Assembly: GCF_004010195.1 (NCBI RefSeq)
Contig: NC_057719.1
Location: 60,225,051-60,289,050, forward strand
From: Chiloscyllium plagiosum
Taxonomy: Eukaryota
DNA: 64,000 bases
Direction: 5' to 3'
The notes below the pieces were generated by a model. It saw only the letters and a program-made list of their open reading frames with translations, searched no databases and was not told the origin of the DNA. Shown here in pieces: positions 23,916 through 37,399 of the stretch. Each line of letters opens with the position of its first letter. The first letter of the stretch is position 1. Made by a program: the position numbers and the translations under genes.

Positions 23916-26863
23916 CGACTGCTTGTCCATGTTAAAGAGGAGGCGGCTGGAGTCTTTGGGTGGAATAATTTTGCCATACAGACTTCCTTGGAGGCACAGG
24001 ACAAATATCCCCTGCCCTAGTTTTGCTCCAGTGAAAAAAAATGTTTTTTTTAAAAACAATTATCAGTTTTTAAGAATTCCCTGTGTTGCAGGCAGGAATA
24101 AATCAGCTTCATGGGTTTCAGATACAGATATAATAATCTAGCACCAACTTCAAATACACAGTCCTGGTGCAAAGTCTTCTAATGCAGGAAAATATATCAT
24201 TAAGGACACTAACATAGCAAGTGTATAATGTGGACAACTTTAACCAAACTTAAATGAAATAAATGAGTCCGACATGCTGCCTTTTTGCTTGAATATGGCA
24301 CGATAAATTAATGCAGCAATCTAACATTCATTAGGTCCTCCTATCTACACCCCACACACAAGTCCATTAATGGGGAAAAGCTTTCAAGGCTTCTGTCATG
24401 ACTGCTCTGAAAATTTCCAAATGGGAGGAATTCAAGAATAAAATACACTGACTTGTTTGTTGATCTTTCCTCCTTTCTTTTTAGAGTAACTCATCTTAGC
24501 TTGGTACCAGCCCTGTTAGTGTTCAGAAATTTCTAAGTGTAGTGGACTTCAAAATTATGGTAGACAAGAAGGACAAACATCACAAGTATGGAGATTCAAC
24601 CTCTGCCATGACAATTAAACACTGATCAAATGGTAACTAGTCATATCAAGAGCACACGAGTATACAGCTTTGTGCAAATATCATTAGCACTTACCTATGC
24701 TACGGTTGCACAACAGGTATTATTCCAACGACTGCCCAATTCTTGAATCAGTTACTATTTAATTTATAGTTATTTTAAGACTCATTTAATACATTTGAGA
24801 ATAATATCTTAAAATAAGTAACACAATCATTTAAGATTACATGCAAGTGTTATCCTGCATTTTAAATTATATCTAAGGGTTTTCTGAAGATCAGAAAAAG
24901 CCGAATTAAAGTTTATCTAAGCAATTATTGGACAAAGAAATGGCTTCTATTGTTTGCTCTATATATAATTAAATGAGAACCACTTAGATATAAGACAATG
25001 TCATTGAACAAAAATGCAAAGGTTACATTGACAACACAAGGCTACTGTTTATTCATGACCAAAAACAATACTTCGGCTGCTGAAAGCATAACTATCCTAA
25101 AATATGACCTGTTGCATATTGATATTTTCATTTCTGGTTATATATTCAAATAATTATTTATGTTATGAGAGGAATGTTTATTTGTTAAGAATATCATTAG
25201 TTTAATAAATAATGAAAGGATATGTCAAATGCAGTTACAAAGATAATTTGAGATACTTTCATATTGCAAAATTGCATTCCATGGTTTTTGTAAAAACTTG
25301 TTAATCTAAAAATGGCCATGATTATTGATTCTGGTGTGTGGTGTTCACTTGATACCTACAAAAACAATAAATTAAGTGAAACCACTCATGAATAAACAAC
25401 TGCATGACACTTTGGCTAGATTTTAGAATTCCTCCTTTGCCTTCTGTTGACAATAACAATAGGTCCAGAAATTCTCACACTGCAATTTCAGGCAATGCAG
25501 GGAAATTTTAATATGACCGGGAACAGAATTAAATAACAAAATAGTTCATAACAAATGGGCACTGTTTAATTGACTTCATTTATGCTTTGTGCTTGCTCAA
25601 GTAATGGCTGTTCAGGCAACAGCCAATGTTTGTGTACTCTACCTTGGAACCGAAGATTGACTGATAGTCTGAATGCTGATGCAGATATTTGTGCAGTCCT
25701 TCAGTACATCAGCCTATCTTCAATTCCGCAGTTCCGTACACATGAAGATTTACTGTTACGTTTTGGTCACCTTATGAATATTGAAAAAATATAAAGATAA
25801 AGAATTACATTACAATTAAATTATTCTTGAGTGAAAGCAATTTAAATAGAAGCTTTAAAACTGAGCAGGTTCAGCATTTGCCACGTTTATCACAGTGGCC
25901 AGTGTCAATTTAGTATTACATTAATATAATGGCAATAATGTATTAAAAGAGTTTAATTCTTTCATGCAAATAGTCAGAGAAGTTTAGTCTGTTTGAGCAG
26001 CTGGGAAACAAATTTATATTGTTCTGTTACCTATTGTAAAAGTGAGTTTCTCAAGAAAAACTTTAATTGTTCAAATATATCCAGAAAGGAAGATTTTAAT
26101 GGATATAATCAGAAAGATATCTTAACAAAAAAAATCATTTAATCTGTATAATTTGTGGAAGAAAAGCGCAGTACATATCACACACACATCCTTGACAACG
26201 TACAGGTAAGGAATACCGAATAAATTCTATCCACCGTACAGTGCATTTTAAGTTAGAGATAGACATCCCTGAGTGGATTTGTATTAGCCATGCAGTACAA
26301 GAAAATGAATGCTATATTAAATTTTCCATGCCTTCTTAGTACAATAATGATTTCCCAAGTAAGCAAACAGATCTTAGACTCTTAATCAGACCTCTCATTA
26401 AATTCTCCACCTCCTTCTCCAGAGAAAATTCACTTTTTAAACTGCTCCTGCTTTCGCTCATCCACTCTGACTTATAAGAATATCAAATATCTACTTTAAA
26501 AAAAAGTACAAAAAGGATAAAGCCACAAATGTGGAACTTCAATTAATTTAAAGCCCCAATCAGTAAAGAATAAATCCTTAGCAGATCTAATTATCAGAGC
26601 TCTCAGTAGACCTCAGCAGACCAGCCAATCTTCCCGCTGTTTGAACAGCTTGATGAACTAAGGGACTGATGGATATCAAATCATTTTGTTTAATTTATAA
26701 ATGGATTTTCCCCTAATACTTAAATTATCATCAGTACAACACCATCAAAATGGGAACATCCTGAATGCAAAGTCTGCAAGCAGTCTGGAAAGAATCCCAA
26801 TGAGTAATGTTGCTTCACTTCATTCCCCCCTGATTCATATAATTAAACAGCAAGGAGCAGAGT

Positions 26864-26864
<1 letters not shown>

Positions 26865-26893
<29 letters not shown>
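26865..26893 (+). repeat. Poly-G run (29 nt)
   Basis: Direct reading of the sequence. Confidence 0.9.
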
Positions 26894-26895
<2 letters not shown>

Positions 26896-27357
26896 AGTCT
26901 GTGTAAAATTGTTGCATGCATTGCTTTTGTTAATTTGAAGTTGTATTCCTATCTGATGTACTGCAGAAAACATAAATATTGTACAAAACAGAAAAAAAAA
27001 ACAGGAATTACCAATAATTTAAAAATTATATTTTAAAAAGTGCTGTGCTGAACATGAATGTCACAAATTGCAAACAGCTTTTTTAAAACTAGGACACACT
27101 CAAAATAATATCGGAATTTCTTATATTCTTACTAATAAAATATTTTATAATTTTGGTAAATTTATTTCCGTCATTTTTTCAGTTCAATTAAGTCAGGTTT
27201 GCTCAATCAGTTCTGAACATTGAGCAGTAATATTATATGGAATCTTAACTATATCTAGGTTTATGCTTCCCTCTGGTCTTCATATCAGTAAATAGAGCTC
27301 AATCATTTCACAAAGGTCTAGCCCTCAATCCTGTCCTTTTCTCATTGAAATTCCCAC

Positions 27358-27532
27358 CTGGCTCAGGGGTCTCAGACTGTGAGGACGAAGATGCTGAGCT
27401 GGCTCCATCCTCTGCGGTACCCTGTGAGAGAATGCCTCGCCCTGGGGGAAGTTTCATGCCCAGCTGCTCTGCCATCTCCACATGGTCTCCAGGGTGGACA
27501 TAATCAAACACACTGCTGCCTGTCAGTTCCAC
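27358..27532 (-). CDS. NPAS3: Internal coding exon of neuronal PAS domain protein 3 (end of PAS-A plus Ser-rich linker), 175 bp, phase 0 start / phase 1 end
   Basis: Translates [58 protein letters not shown], which I recognise as near-identical to vertebrate NPAS3. Acceptor on the minus strand is pyrimidine-rich ...ttctgcccctcag|GTG (AG at 27534-27533). Donor is CCAG|gtggga (GT at 27357-27356). Confidence 0.95.
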
Positions 27533-30244
27533 CTGAGGGGGCAGAAGTTAAAGTCTAACATCAGCATTCACTTTTCAATCAAATCCACAATACTTAAGAA
27601 AATAACGGCTGTTAGTTGCTACTTTAGAGTTGGTGAAACTGAGACAGAATACGTTTTGCTTACTGAACACTAATCCAGAACCTCTGTAATTGCATGGAAA
27701 CACTTCAAGTTAAAATGCACTTTTAATCATTTTATTAAACTAAAAAGAATCCAGAAATAAAATTTACAAGTTTGGATTAATGAACATGTTCTCCTTGGTT
27801 ATTATTAGCCCCTGCAGATATTCCTCACAATTTGTTCTCAGTGCAAATTGATGTTGAGAATCCTCATTTAAGAGCATTACTTGCATTAGATAACCAGGTA
27901 AGTTATTTTCAACTTGACACTGCTCCCTCATTCTGCAGAACCTGACTTAACACTAACGCCCCTCACCCCCATCGACCACCAGGCCCGACCCATCCTCTCC
28001 ACCTGTCCTCCATCAGATCCAATTTCTCCCATGCACCCCGAGGTACTCTGAACAGTGCACCGTTTTACCTTGCCCCCTTGCACCCTGCCATCCTGCGCAT
28101 GTGGCTCCCTACTACTTACCTGACAGTGTACCTCCTACCCATCTGATTGCCTGACCCAAATTCATCTGTCGTCCTTTCCCTGGCATATTACCCTTTCCCC
28201 AGCTGGCCACTGATCCATTTGGTAGGTACCTAGCCAGTATTCTACTAACCTGGTCTCTTACCCACTATTCATTTGGCATCCTATCCATGGGATACTACGT
28301 CCTTTCCATCTTTAATTCTTCCCAGCTAGAATTCTACCTACATGGCATCCTGTTTATCTGGCACACTACCCTCGCAACATCCAAACATAACACTTACCTT
28401 CTGCACTGATGATTTGAGAGCAACTGACAAAATGGCAATCTGTACTTTTCAAGTTCAGAATATGGTAGCTAACCTTTGTGTAAAGAGATAGCTATTTGTC
28501 TCCCTTTGATAGTTTTGTGTTATTAAAAAAAGTATGGCCCCATCTTTCTGAGGTAGCCCTGAATGAATCTCCTGTCAGAAATGTGGAGCTCCATTCTTTC
28601 ATACAAAAGAAGAGCTGAAGATTTGCCACTCCTCAGAAAATCCACTCCAATATTTCTTTTCTGTTAATCTTCATCATAACAGTAGACGTATTCTAAAGAT
28701 GTTATGAGTTACAAAACATTTTTCCAGAAACTATAAGCATTTATAATTAGACTAAGTGTGCATATGAGATGATGAGAGATGTTTATTATAAAGACTGAGG
28801 GTTATAATACATTCAGGATCAAATGTTCACTAGCCTTAAATTAACAATTGCCTAGCAGAATAAGCATGAATTGAGGTTAGCAAAACATTTTATCTTAAAA
28901 GCTATTTCGTGCCAAATATAGTGGGTGAGAATAATTGAAAAATAGTAATTTAATTAAATTTATTTAGCTTTGTTTGATAACAACACACTTTTCTGAAAAG
29001 TGCTTATGTCTGCTTCATTATTCTGTCAGATCCCTCATCCCTCAAATACTGCCTCAATGTGTCCATTTTGCACAGGTTTGACTTGATCCCAATTGTTAGT
29101 TGAGCAATGGGGGTGCTGGGAGGAAACAGTAAGGACATTACAACCAATACTGAAGTACTGATAAAAATTATTAATCTTACTGGTGCAAACTTATGGTAAT
29201 GTGATAAATTGATTAATAATAACCAACTTTATATTTGTTATTGTGGTGTGCCATGGTACTGGATGAAGGCATTGAGGATCTGAGCAGGAACTGTTTTCCT
29301 TCACTCACTTTCGCCATACAATACTTTTCCATTGTTATATCATGAGCAAACTGCATTCAGTACAACAAGACGCTCAATTAATTCTTTCTGAAGCCATTTT
29401 CAAACATGCTAAAACTATGCTAAATAAATACCAAGCACTTTCAATTTAAATTTAATTACAAGATTAGCTTTTTGCTAATAATTTATCTTTATTCCATTGT
29501 TTAAAAGTGACCGGTTTGACATTTACAGAAATACATATGCAGTATTGCACATTTATGTTTAAATTTTGACAAAATTTTAGAGTTTTGTAACTGGAGATTA
29601 TCAAAGAAAGAAAGTTGAAGTTCAGATTATTAAAAACAGACAACTACCAAATGGAATTCTGAACATCAGAGAAAAGATTTATTTTATTTTGTCACAACTG
29701 GATGTCTTGTTCTGACGGATCAGCTACAAACCACTTGGATGAAGTTTTATTTGTTGGCCAAAATAATCAACTCTGAAGAGATAACTATTTGATTTAATTT
29801 CAATGTTGAAATTAGTTCTGCAATATGTTTGAAGTCTATGTACAAGACTCTATTTTAGCTATTGTGAGGTGTATATTTATGACCATATTTGTCCTGCAGA
29901 AAACTCGACTATTTTCCCAGTTACAAAAATTAAAACAATGAATATTCAAATTATTGACTGCAGCACCCATTTCTGTTTGTTAGTTCCACACACTCAGTTT
30001 ACTGGTACTTTATTCTTCACCATGCACCATTTTCTAACTGAGATTATGTGATTTTTCTTTCCTCAGAAAATGTCGGTTCCACTGCTCAATCACTAAATTT
30101 GTCACCTATTTAGAAGTAAAATCATTCTTAATCAGCACCTTGCTTTGGAATTGTTTCTCTTTTGCTTGTTTTGACTGTTTGTACAGTCCTTGTAGGGTAT
30201 TTTGAATATGACATTCATTTTCCTGGCTGTTGGTACAGAATTTA

Positions 30245-30912
30245 AACAACAAACCCAAACAAGAAGTCACAACACGCCCAGAGACTCTGGCCACACTACT
30301 GTACATCAAAGACATCTCGGAGATGACAACCAGACTACTCCAACCCCCTGGCACCATGGTAGCCCACAAACCTACCAACATGCTGAAACAGCTACTAATG
30401 AACCTTAAGGGCCCTGTACCAACAGCCAGCAAAACAAATGCCATATACAAAAAACCCTGCAAGGACTACAACAAACACTACATCATACAGACAGGCAGGA
30501 AACTAGCCACCAAGATACATTAGCACCAACTAGCCATCCAAAGACATGACCAACTATCACTATCATCTTTACACACAAATGAAGAAGGATACCACATTGA
30601 CTGGGACAACACATTCATCCCAGGATAGGCTAAACAAAGACATGCACGGAATTCCTAGAGGCCTGACATTCAAACATGAATTCCATAAATAAACACATCG
30701 ATTTGGACCCCATTTACTAACCTCTGAGAAAAAGAACCAGAAATGATACCACCCCTTGCAACAGACCAAGACACAAATAGAAAACAGGACAGAACACCAG
30801 CACTTCACCATGATGTTACTGAGCATGGTGATAAACGTCTGAGAATAAACCTACCACCTCAACAAGCAAACCTACAACCTGAACCTCTCCTGAGCTATAA
30901 ATCTTCTCAAAA
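30245..30912 (+). mobile_element. Poseidon/Penelope-like element 3' fragment (GIY-YIG endonuclease)
   Basis: ATLLYIKDISEMTTRLL...NAIYKKPCKDYNKHYIIQTGRKLATKIH (GIY-YIG-like), followed by a decayed REFLEAW..SINKHIDLDPIY segment and a partly deleted hammerhead near 30805-30842. Confidence 0.85.
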
Positions 30913-33900
30913 ATCATACTTGTGTATCAGACATATTTTTTGATTTGGTCATTTATTATATTGTTGTATAATTTTGCAAATTGATACGGAGCCATGTGAG
31001 CCCAATGAGAAGGTCACATGTAAAATCTAATCAGTAACAAATGTGAATTCTAGAAATTAACAGTGGTATGGAAAATCAATTTGAATTGCATACTAAAGTA
31101 CTGAAACCCAAAGTAGGAAGTACAGTTGTAGTACCCTGAGACGGTCCAGCTTTGAGTCCCATGTCAGGACATGTTTTGGAAGTTATGTTTGTATTGTCAC
31201 CAGACAGCTTGATTATCAGCCTATAAACCATTCCTGTATGACTGATAGTGGCCAGTAAGAGTAGGACAGTGTCTGCTTTCAGCCACACTGCAGAAGGCAA
31301 TGTCAACCCACTTGGCATTTTGCCCATAAGTCCATGGCCCAGTAATCATAAATTAGAATGGGAGAAAAGACAGACAGAAATACAAAGTCTCTGATGATTT
31401 ACTATTGTGGCAACTGTTCTGAATATATATTCCTTAGCGTTAAATTTTCATCATTACCTGATAGCAATCTGGCAGAAATATTGCCTGCCTGATTATCATT
31501 CCATTGAGCTCAGTGAAAATCAGGTATTGAAGATGAAAGGTAAGTAAGGAGGTCTGCCAGATTACTACAGAATTTAGAATGATTTATGATTGTGTTCAAT
31601 TCTAACGTGGTACAAAGGTACTGGTGTTGATATTAGTTGTTCAAACCTAACGTTTAGGATTCTGAATTCAAAGTAATAGACAGGAACTGCCAGATAACTA
31701 GAGGAGTTCTTAACCTAGAGGGCAATGAGATAGAATTTGATGAATTCCTGTTGCATATAGATTGCATATAACTGGTGAAATTCATTGCCATCTGGGTCAT
31801 CAGAATTTTAAAATAGTATTTGTACATTTTTAATGCTAATCATATTACAAGAGCATTAATGTTAAATAAAATATATTAACAAAAATGTGTTGTTGGAAGA
31901 TTAGTTGATTTACTTGGCCAATCTAAAAAAAATCCTTTAAATGCCTGTGTACCTACTATTCAAGGAATATCTGAGAAGTAATTTACAATGTTCTATTTCA
32001 TAGTTGTAAAACGACAGTGTGCAAGCATTACAATTATAATTTCCTTTTTGAAAATTACTATACAATTTCAGCCACAAAGCCTAACTAGTATGCACATGAC
32101 AACTAAATCAAGGATCTTTCAGCTTGATCCCTTATGTATTAGCCAATTCTTTTCCCCATCTCCTCAGTTTTACAAATTGTATTTTATTCCAGAGACAGCA
32201 AACCACCAGAGTTTAGTCATTTAATAGCAGAACCAAACTGCCATTACTTAGCTAAAAGTCCAGAAAACTATTACTTCCACAATATCAAGGCAAGATTTGG
32301 CTGAATGATCACAAAATCCTTTTTGTTTTCACTGTTTCTGTTACCTACAACACAAACAAGACAGAACTTAGAACAAAGACAAGTATATTCGTGATTGCTT
32401 TGAGAAAAACACTTTTCTCCTGCAGTTGTTATTTGTCTATTTACTTTAACATAACAAGACTTAAAACAAAACTATTGAAAACACAGTTCTTGCAAGAAAC
32501 TAGGGAATTACAAACATTGATTAGTCTTGTATGAAGTGCTTCTGTCATAATTTAAACAAAAGAATTTGTGAATGGTATTGTTTACTTTGGCATTTAAAAT
32601 TGTTTTATCTTAACTCATATATACATGTAATAAAGAGAAAGATGAACATACCAGAGAGAAAAATTCATTTGCATAGTGCTGCTCCTTGGTAATATTCTGT
32701 GGCATCGCCTGTCCTGGGGAATCAATGTCCTTTACAAGCCATGCTACACTAACAAATAATTCCTCTAAAAACTTTCAAGTGAACATCGAAAGCTTATTCA
32801 GAGACAGAGATAAAGGAAGTTGGAGATAAGGCTAACTGTCAATACTTTGGAAATACTTCCAAAACGAGAAGGACTGCATAAAGCTGGCCAGTTAAGTTAA
32901 GGAGTTAAGTCATCATTAATTGATCACTTGATGGGTCAAGGTCATCCATGTGCCTTCTCCTCCAGAACTTAATTACTGAGGTGTTGAGAAGGGAGGGGAT
33001 TTCTCTCCGCAGCTAATACTGCCCTAATATTTACCCTTCTTATCACTTACAGGGACAGCAGAATCACACTCTTGGAGAAGGCAGGCTGTTCAGAAATAAT
33101 GTCCTAATTGAGACAAATCAAATAGTATTAAAAACCTGACTTGGCATTCAAATTTGAAGAAATCGAGAGGATTATTTGGGGAACATCATAACTAAACGAG
33201 CATGCTCCTTTGAATAAAAACAAAAAAAACTGATAAAAATGCATATCCAGAAGACTTTTACAAATTAAGAGGTGATAGTGAGACAAGGGAACTCTTTAAA
33301 ACTTGTGAAAGGCAAAATTAAGGCCCTTGTTAAATATGGATCAACAAAATTCAACGTGCTTTTTTTAATTCACATGTGGGATGTGGGCATCACTGGCCTG
33401 GCCATTCCCAGTTGTCCTTGAGAAGGCAGCTCAGTGCCACTTTGGGTTTTACTGGGTGGAAGGATAAGATGGGTCAAATGAGCTTTCTAATTTGCATTTA
33501 TTTGTGACTTTATGAGATTGGGATAACAAAACCCTAGATGGAATTTAGTACCCTCCCCCGAAGTGTGTCGGAGGTGGGAGCGTTTAATTAGGTTCAGGCC
33601 ATGCCTTTCTATCTTTTCCATGATTAAAGATTAAATTCAGAGCAAGTGGGCTCTGGGGCAGACTTCTTGACTGGTTGCCAATTAAGTCTTTCAAGTAGGC
33701 AATAGCCTTATCATGGCACCGTTGATACTGAACCAGCAGGTGAGGGTGGAAATCAGGGAGATTTGAAGAGTGGGGGACAGGACTCATTCATTAGAGGACA
33801 GAGGAACTTCATATTGAGATAAGAGCTGGCTGAGAGTCATCCACTACCCTTGCTACTGAATATCCTCCCCCCTCATGATACCTGTCACTCAATTGTGACC

Positions 33901-34029
33901 CAATCTTCTTTGGCAATCCAGGGCTCATGTCTTCTGCTGACATTGCAATATTTAGCCCTCGGATTGGCCAGCTAATCTCAGGGGTGAGACTTGCATCTCT
34001 GTCCATATCAATGCTGGATACAAAGAGAT

Positions 34030-34870
34030 AAAAAAAGGAGCCGAAATAGGCAGTTTGACCCCTTGAAGCTGCTCTTATCATTTAATAACATCATGCCTCA
34101 TCTGAATATAATCTTAACATTTGTCCACCTCTCTCTTAAAAATATTCAAATGTTCTGATTCCAATGGATTCTTACAGAGAATTCCAGAGACAAGCATCCC
34201 TCTGATTCAAGAGTGGCTCCTAGTTCCAGATTCTTCCATAAGAAGAAACATCCTTTTCACAGCAACCTGTCAAGACCTCTCAGGATCTAACATGTTCAGT
34301 CACATTGCCTCTTCATTTTGTAAATTCAAGTGGATAAAGCCTTTCCAACCTCTCCTTATTACACAAGCAACCCATTGTATTAGTAAAGCTCCCCTAAACT
34401 ACTTTCAATGCAAGCATATCCTTCTTTAGATAGATATACTAATACAGTACTCCAGATTCAGTCTCACCAGTGCCCTGTATAACTGAAGCATAACCTCACT
34501 TCTTTTATCTTCAATTCCCTTCACAATAAACAATAACTTTCTATCAGCTTTCTAATTACTTACTGCACCTGCAGACTAGCCTTTTGTGATTCATGCATGA
34601 GAACACTCACATCCTGCTCCATCTTAGAGCTCTGCAATCTCTCACTACTGAAATAATATGATTCTTTTTTATTCTTTGGCCAAAATGAAAACTTTACACA
34701 CAATATATTCCAATTGCTAGATCCTTGTTCAAGCATTTAACCTATCTATATTCCATTGGAGCCTTCTAATTCCTCTTCACAACTTACTTTTCTAATCTTT
34801 GTATCATTAGCAAATGTACACACATTACTTCAGTCCTTTGAACCAAGTCATTTATGTAAATTGTAAAAGT
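34030..34870 (-). mobile_element. Decayed CR1 LINE 3' part
   Basis: CR1 3' UTR/RT in reverse (acagtactccagattcagtctcaccagtgccctgtataactga; ctttgtatcattagcaaat). Confidence 0.7.
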
Positions 34871-35341
34871 GATTGAAATTTTAATTCAGTTATCTTTCCA
34901 GAAAAGAGGAAATGCGAAGTTCCCACCGGCTCTCCAGCTGACAGGCAAGACCCACGTCACATACACTGAATAACTGTTGGTTTTTGAAAGGTGAAAATAG
35001 CTCGAATAGTGTTTTTTTGAGAAGGTGGACAAAAAAGCTCAGATTCACTACTGTATCATCTTATACAGTTCTCAGTCTATTTGAGCTATTTGAAGTTCAT
35101 GGTACTAGCAATGGAAATAGACAATAGTCCTTGATTTTTTCCATAAATCTTATTATATTCAGTGGGAAGTCGTGAGACTTTTATTTAATAATTTTAATTT
35201 ACGTACTGCCAAGGACTCTTGGAAATATGTATAAAATCTCAAACTAACTTTAAAAATGTAAAATGTAAGTGCATCTTGTCATTTCTAAAATTGCAAGCTC
35301 TAAATGCATTGTGAAATCCTAAAGGCAATACTGAAATGACA

Positions 35342-35552
35342 TGATTTGGAGATGCCGATGTTGGACTGGGGTGTACAAAGTTAAAAATCACACAACACCA
35401 GGTTATAGTCCAACAGGTTTAATTGGAAGCACACTTGCTTTCGGAGCGACGCTCCTTCATCTATCACCTGATGAAGGAGCGTCGCTCCGAAAGCAAGTGT
35501 GCTTCCCATTAAACCTGTTGGACTATTACCTGGTATTGTGTGATTTTTAACT
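35342..35552 (-). mobile_element. 211-bp PLE-type terminus with inverted duplicate and hammerhead motif
   Basis: Arms 35379-35461 / 35470-35552. Extra ~37-nt tail 35342-35378. TSD ctgaaatgaca at 35331-35341 and 35553-35563. Motif cac-CTGATGA-a-ggagc(gtc)gctcc-GAAAGC-aa-gtg at 35465-35499. Confidence 0.8.
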
Positions 35553-37399
35553 CTGAAATGACAAGTAGTATCTTCTTTGAATCAAAGTACATGCAAGTTT
35601 AGTGGGATTGCAAAACAGCAGAAGACAACGATCAAAACAGAATAAAGTTAACTGACAAGCATCTTTGACTGTTGAGTGTTCTTTCAAATATACAATGCAA
35701 TGCAACCTTTCAAAATTCAGTTCTGTAACACACATATGGATGCATGCACTTTTCATTGTTCAATCAATTTAACCCATGTCGTGATTTTCTATACATTGTA
35801 AAAGATAGCATATTGCAATATTCATTGCTGACAGCAGAAAGAGGTCTATATAATTTAAATTCTTGAAATCAGAAAAGAGGTAGGGATTATTGTCTGTCAT
35901 TGCACCAAAACTCTCAGATATCTGGTTAAAAGTTCGCATTGGAAATGAGTTTCATCAATCTGACTAGGGCAGGGTTAAAGCCCTTAGCAACATGCTTATT
36001 TTGTAGAAGGTCACTCAATAATAACTTCCTTTGCCCTCCAAGCTTATTAAGACTGACTGGCATATATTAATAAAAACCCCTGATTTTCAGATCATAAAAG
36101 TCAGACACAGACTTATTTTAATTCTAACATTAAGAAAGGAACCCTTAATTAGCAGGGTTTCAAAATGTCAGCTTCTTCTATTAGCTGCTCTGGTCCATCA
36201 ATGCCATAATCCGGACTGTCAAATTTCATCACATGATAGACAGGTTTCTGGCTGTCTTTTTTTTTAAAAAATATAAATCAGATTGACTGAAGCCATGTGA
36301 TTCTAGAATCACATGGATGACTATTTCCACAACAAAAATGTTTCTTTTAATAAGCCTAATGTTGAATTTTGTTATTGCTACTCTAAAGCAAATTGTGGAA
36401 TTTTCCCACTATAGATTTGTTTCCAAAACAACAATGATCAAGTGGATTTAAATGGAGATTTGGCTCTGAAATTTCTGGTTGAACTTTATATAGTTGTTCC
36501 TGAAAATCATTTTTAAAGCCATTAACACATCTAATGATGTTATTTCTTTCATCTTCAGTTTTTAACTGAATTATAGCAGTGCAATTTTGATGTGCACACT
36601 TTGCCTTCAGACTTTTCTTGCTCATTTATACTTGATGCATTCTCCTGTCCCTCCTCTGCTTTAAAGATTTCAAGCTGCTGTCTCATTTATAACAGTAGCT
36701 GCATAATAAATGGATTGTTGATGCATTTGATCTCAGCTCACCAATGTACTTAGTCAATGCTACACATCATGATAAACCCGATAACAGGAAGTATGGATCA
36801 TATAGTAACAATGTGGTATTTGAACATACACTGAATTAACAATAATGATGCCTTCCATTAAAGCTTCAATTTAACTGCATTTTTAAAACATTTAAAGATA
36901 TTTTGAGTTAAGCTAATAGTTTATTTTTTAGATGTGTGAAAAAAACCTCACGTACTTGGACTCAGAAAATGGGTCATAGAGGAATATATATTCTTTCATG
37001 TGTTACATTAAAGTGAGATTTAATTTTGACCTTGGAGTATTGTCATTGCAGAGCAAACAGAATAATTTCTTAAATCAGACAATACAATGTAATCAATTAA
37101 ACTGCCTTGACCACTGATTCAAAATATTTAAACTTTGAACTTGACCCAGACTGGACCAAAAAAAATTACTTTTGGACCTATTTACATCCACTTTACTAGT
37201 TGTTTTTACAATAAACAATGTTAATCTTGAATTAATTAATGTATAAATATAAAAAGTTGACTTACTGGAGCCTTCCTCCAGTTATATTATTGGAATTATG
37301 AGCTCTTTCATACAATAGAGATATCTCCAGTTAATCACTGCACGATACAACTTTTTATTGCTATTAACGGAAAAAGGGTTTGAAATTTTTTTAAAAATC

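Larger units (their letters stand above)
19416..23952 (-). mobile_element. Neptune-like Penelope retroelement A (RT + GIY-YIG, decayed), interrupted by elements B and C
   Basis: MAMDIRMGPSYACLFLGY...LFLRRFDD (RT, 21829-22053); RKLEKQHLIFHLGTQQSSELNIEF (GIY-YIG C-terminus, 19803-19900); hammerhead at 19511-19548. Confidence 0.85.

Noticed and set aside
27308..27357. ORF extension [16 protein letters not shown] after the NPAS3 exon
   Set aside because: Read-through past the GT donor into intron; the GTG 'start' is simply the first exon codon after the AG acceptor.
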